Below are positions 63,936-64,000 of a stretch of DNA of 64,000 bases, piece by piece. Under the pieces are notes generated by a model. It did no database searches, had not been told where the DNA came from, and worked only from the letters and a program-made list of their open reading frames with translations. Source of the stretch: Podarcis pityusensis (taxonomy: Eukaryota); NCBI GenBank assembly GCA_964106645.2, contig OZ067038.1; one strand, written 5' to 3'. The position numbers and the translations under genes were made by a program. Positions within the stretch are counted from its first letter, which is position 1; each line of letters opens with the position of its first letter.

Positions 63936-64000
63936 ACCAACAAATATATGTCGGCCTACTGTACTGGTTTTCTTGTTAGGATAGAAATGGGAGGTGGGAG

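Overview
Eukaryotic, repeat-rich, almost entirely non-coding DNA from a squamate reptile. Sauria SINEs, Bov-B, L1, L2, CR1, Penelope and a CORE-type SINE point to a lizard, probably a lacertid (inference). No intact multi-exon gene is visible. The six-frame ORFs are transposon remnants or chance frames. One strong 51-nt exon candidate lies on the minus strand (47431-47481) among many unique, CpG-retaining blocks that look like conserved non-coding elements, so the window is probably inside very large introns of an unidentified gene. The most notable observations are: (1) a 205-bp inverted copy of nearby unique DNA inserted with a 25-bp target duplication; (2) 2 kb away, a 3'-truncated, 5'-intact L1-like fragment with a 35-bp duplication; (3) an intact minimal hammerhead ribozyme in a Penelope fragment nested in a hAT MITE; (4) a Bov-B insertion with an inverted 5' piece; (5) two ~780-bp LTR-like elements that both have AAT at both ends. 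I do not see a new protein-coding system. There are three assembly gaps. Family names come from recognition, not from database searches, and boundaries of old repeats are approximate.
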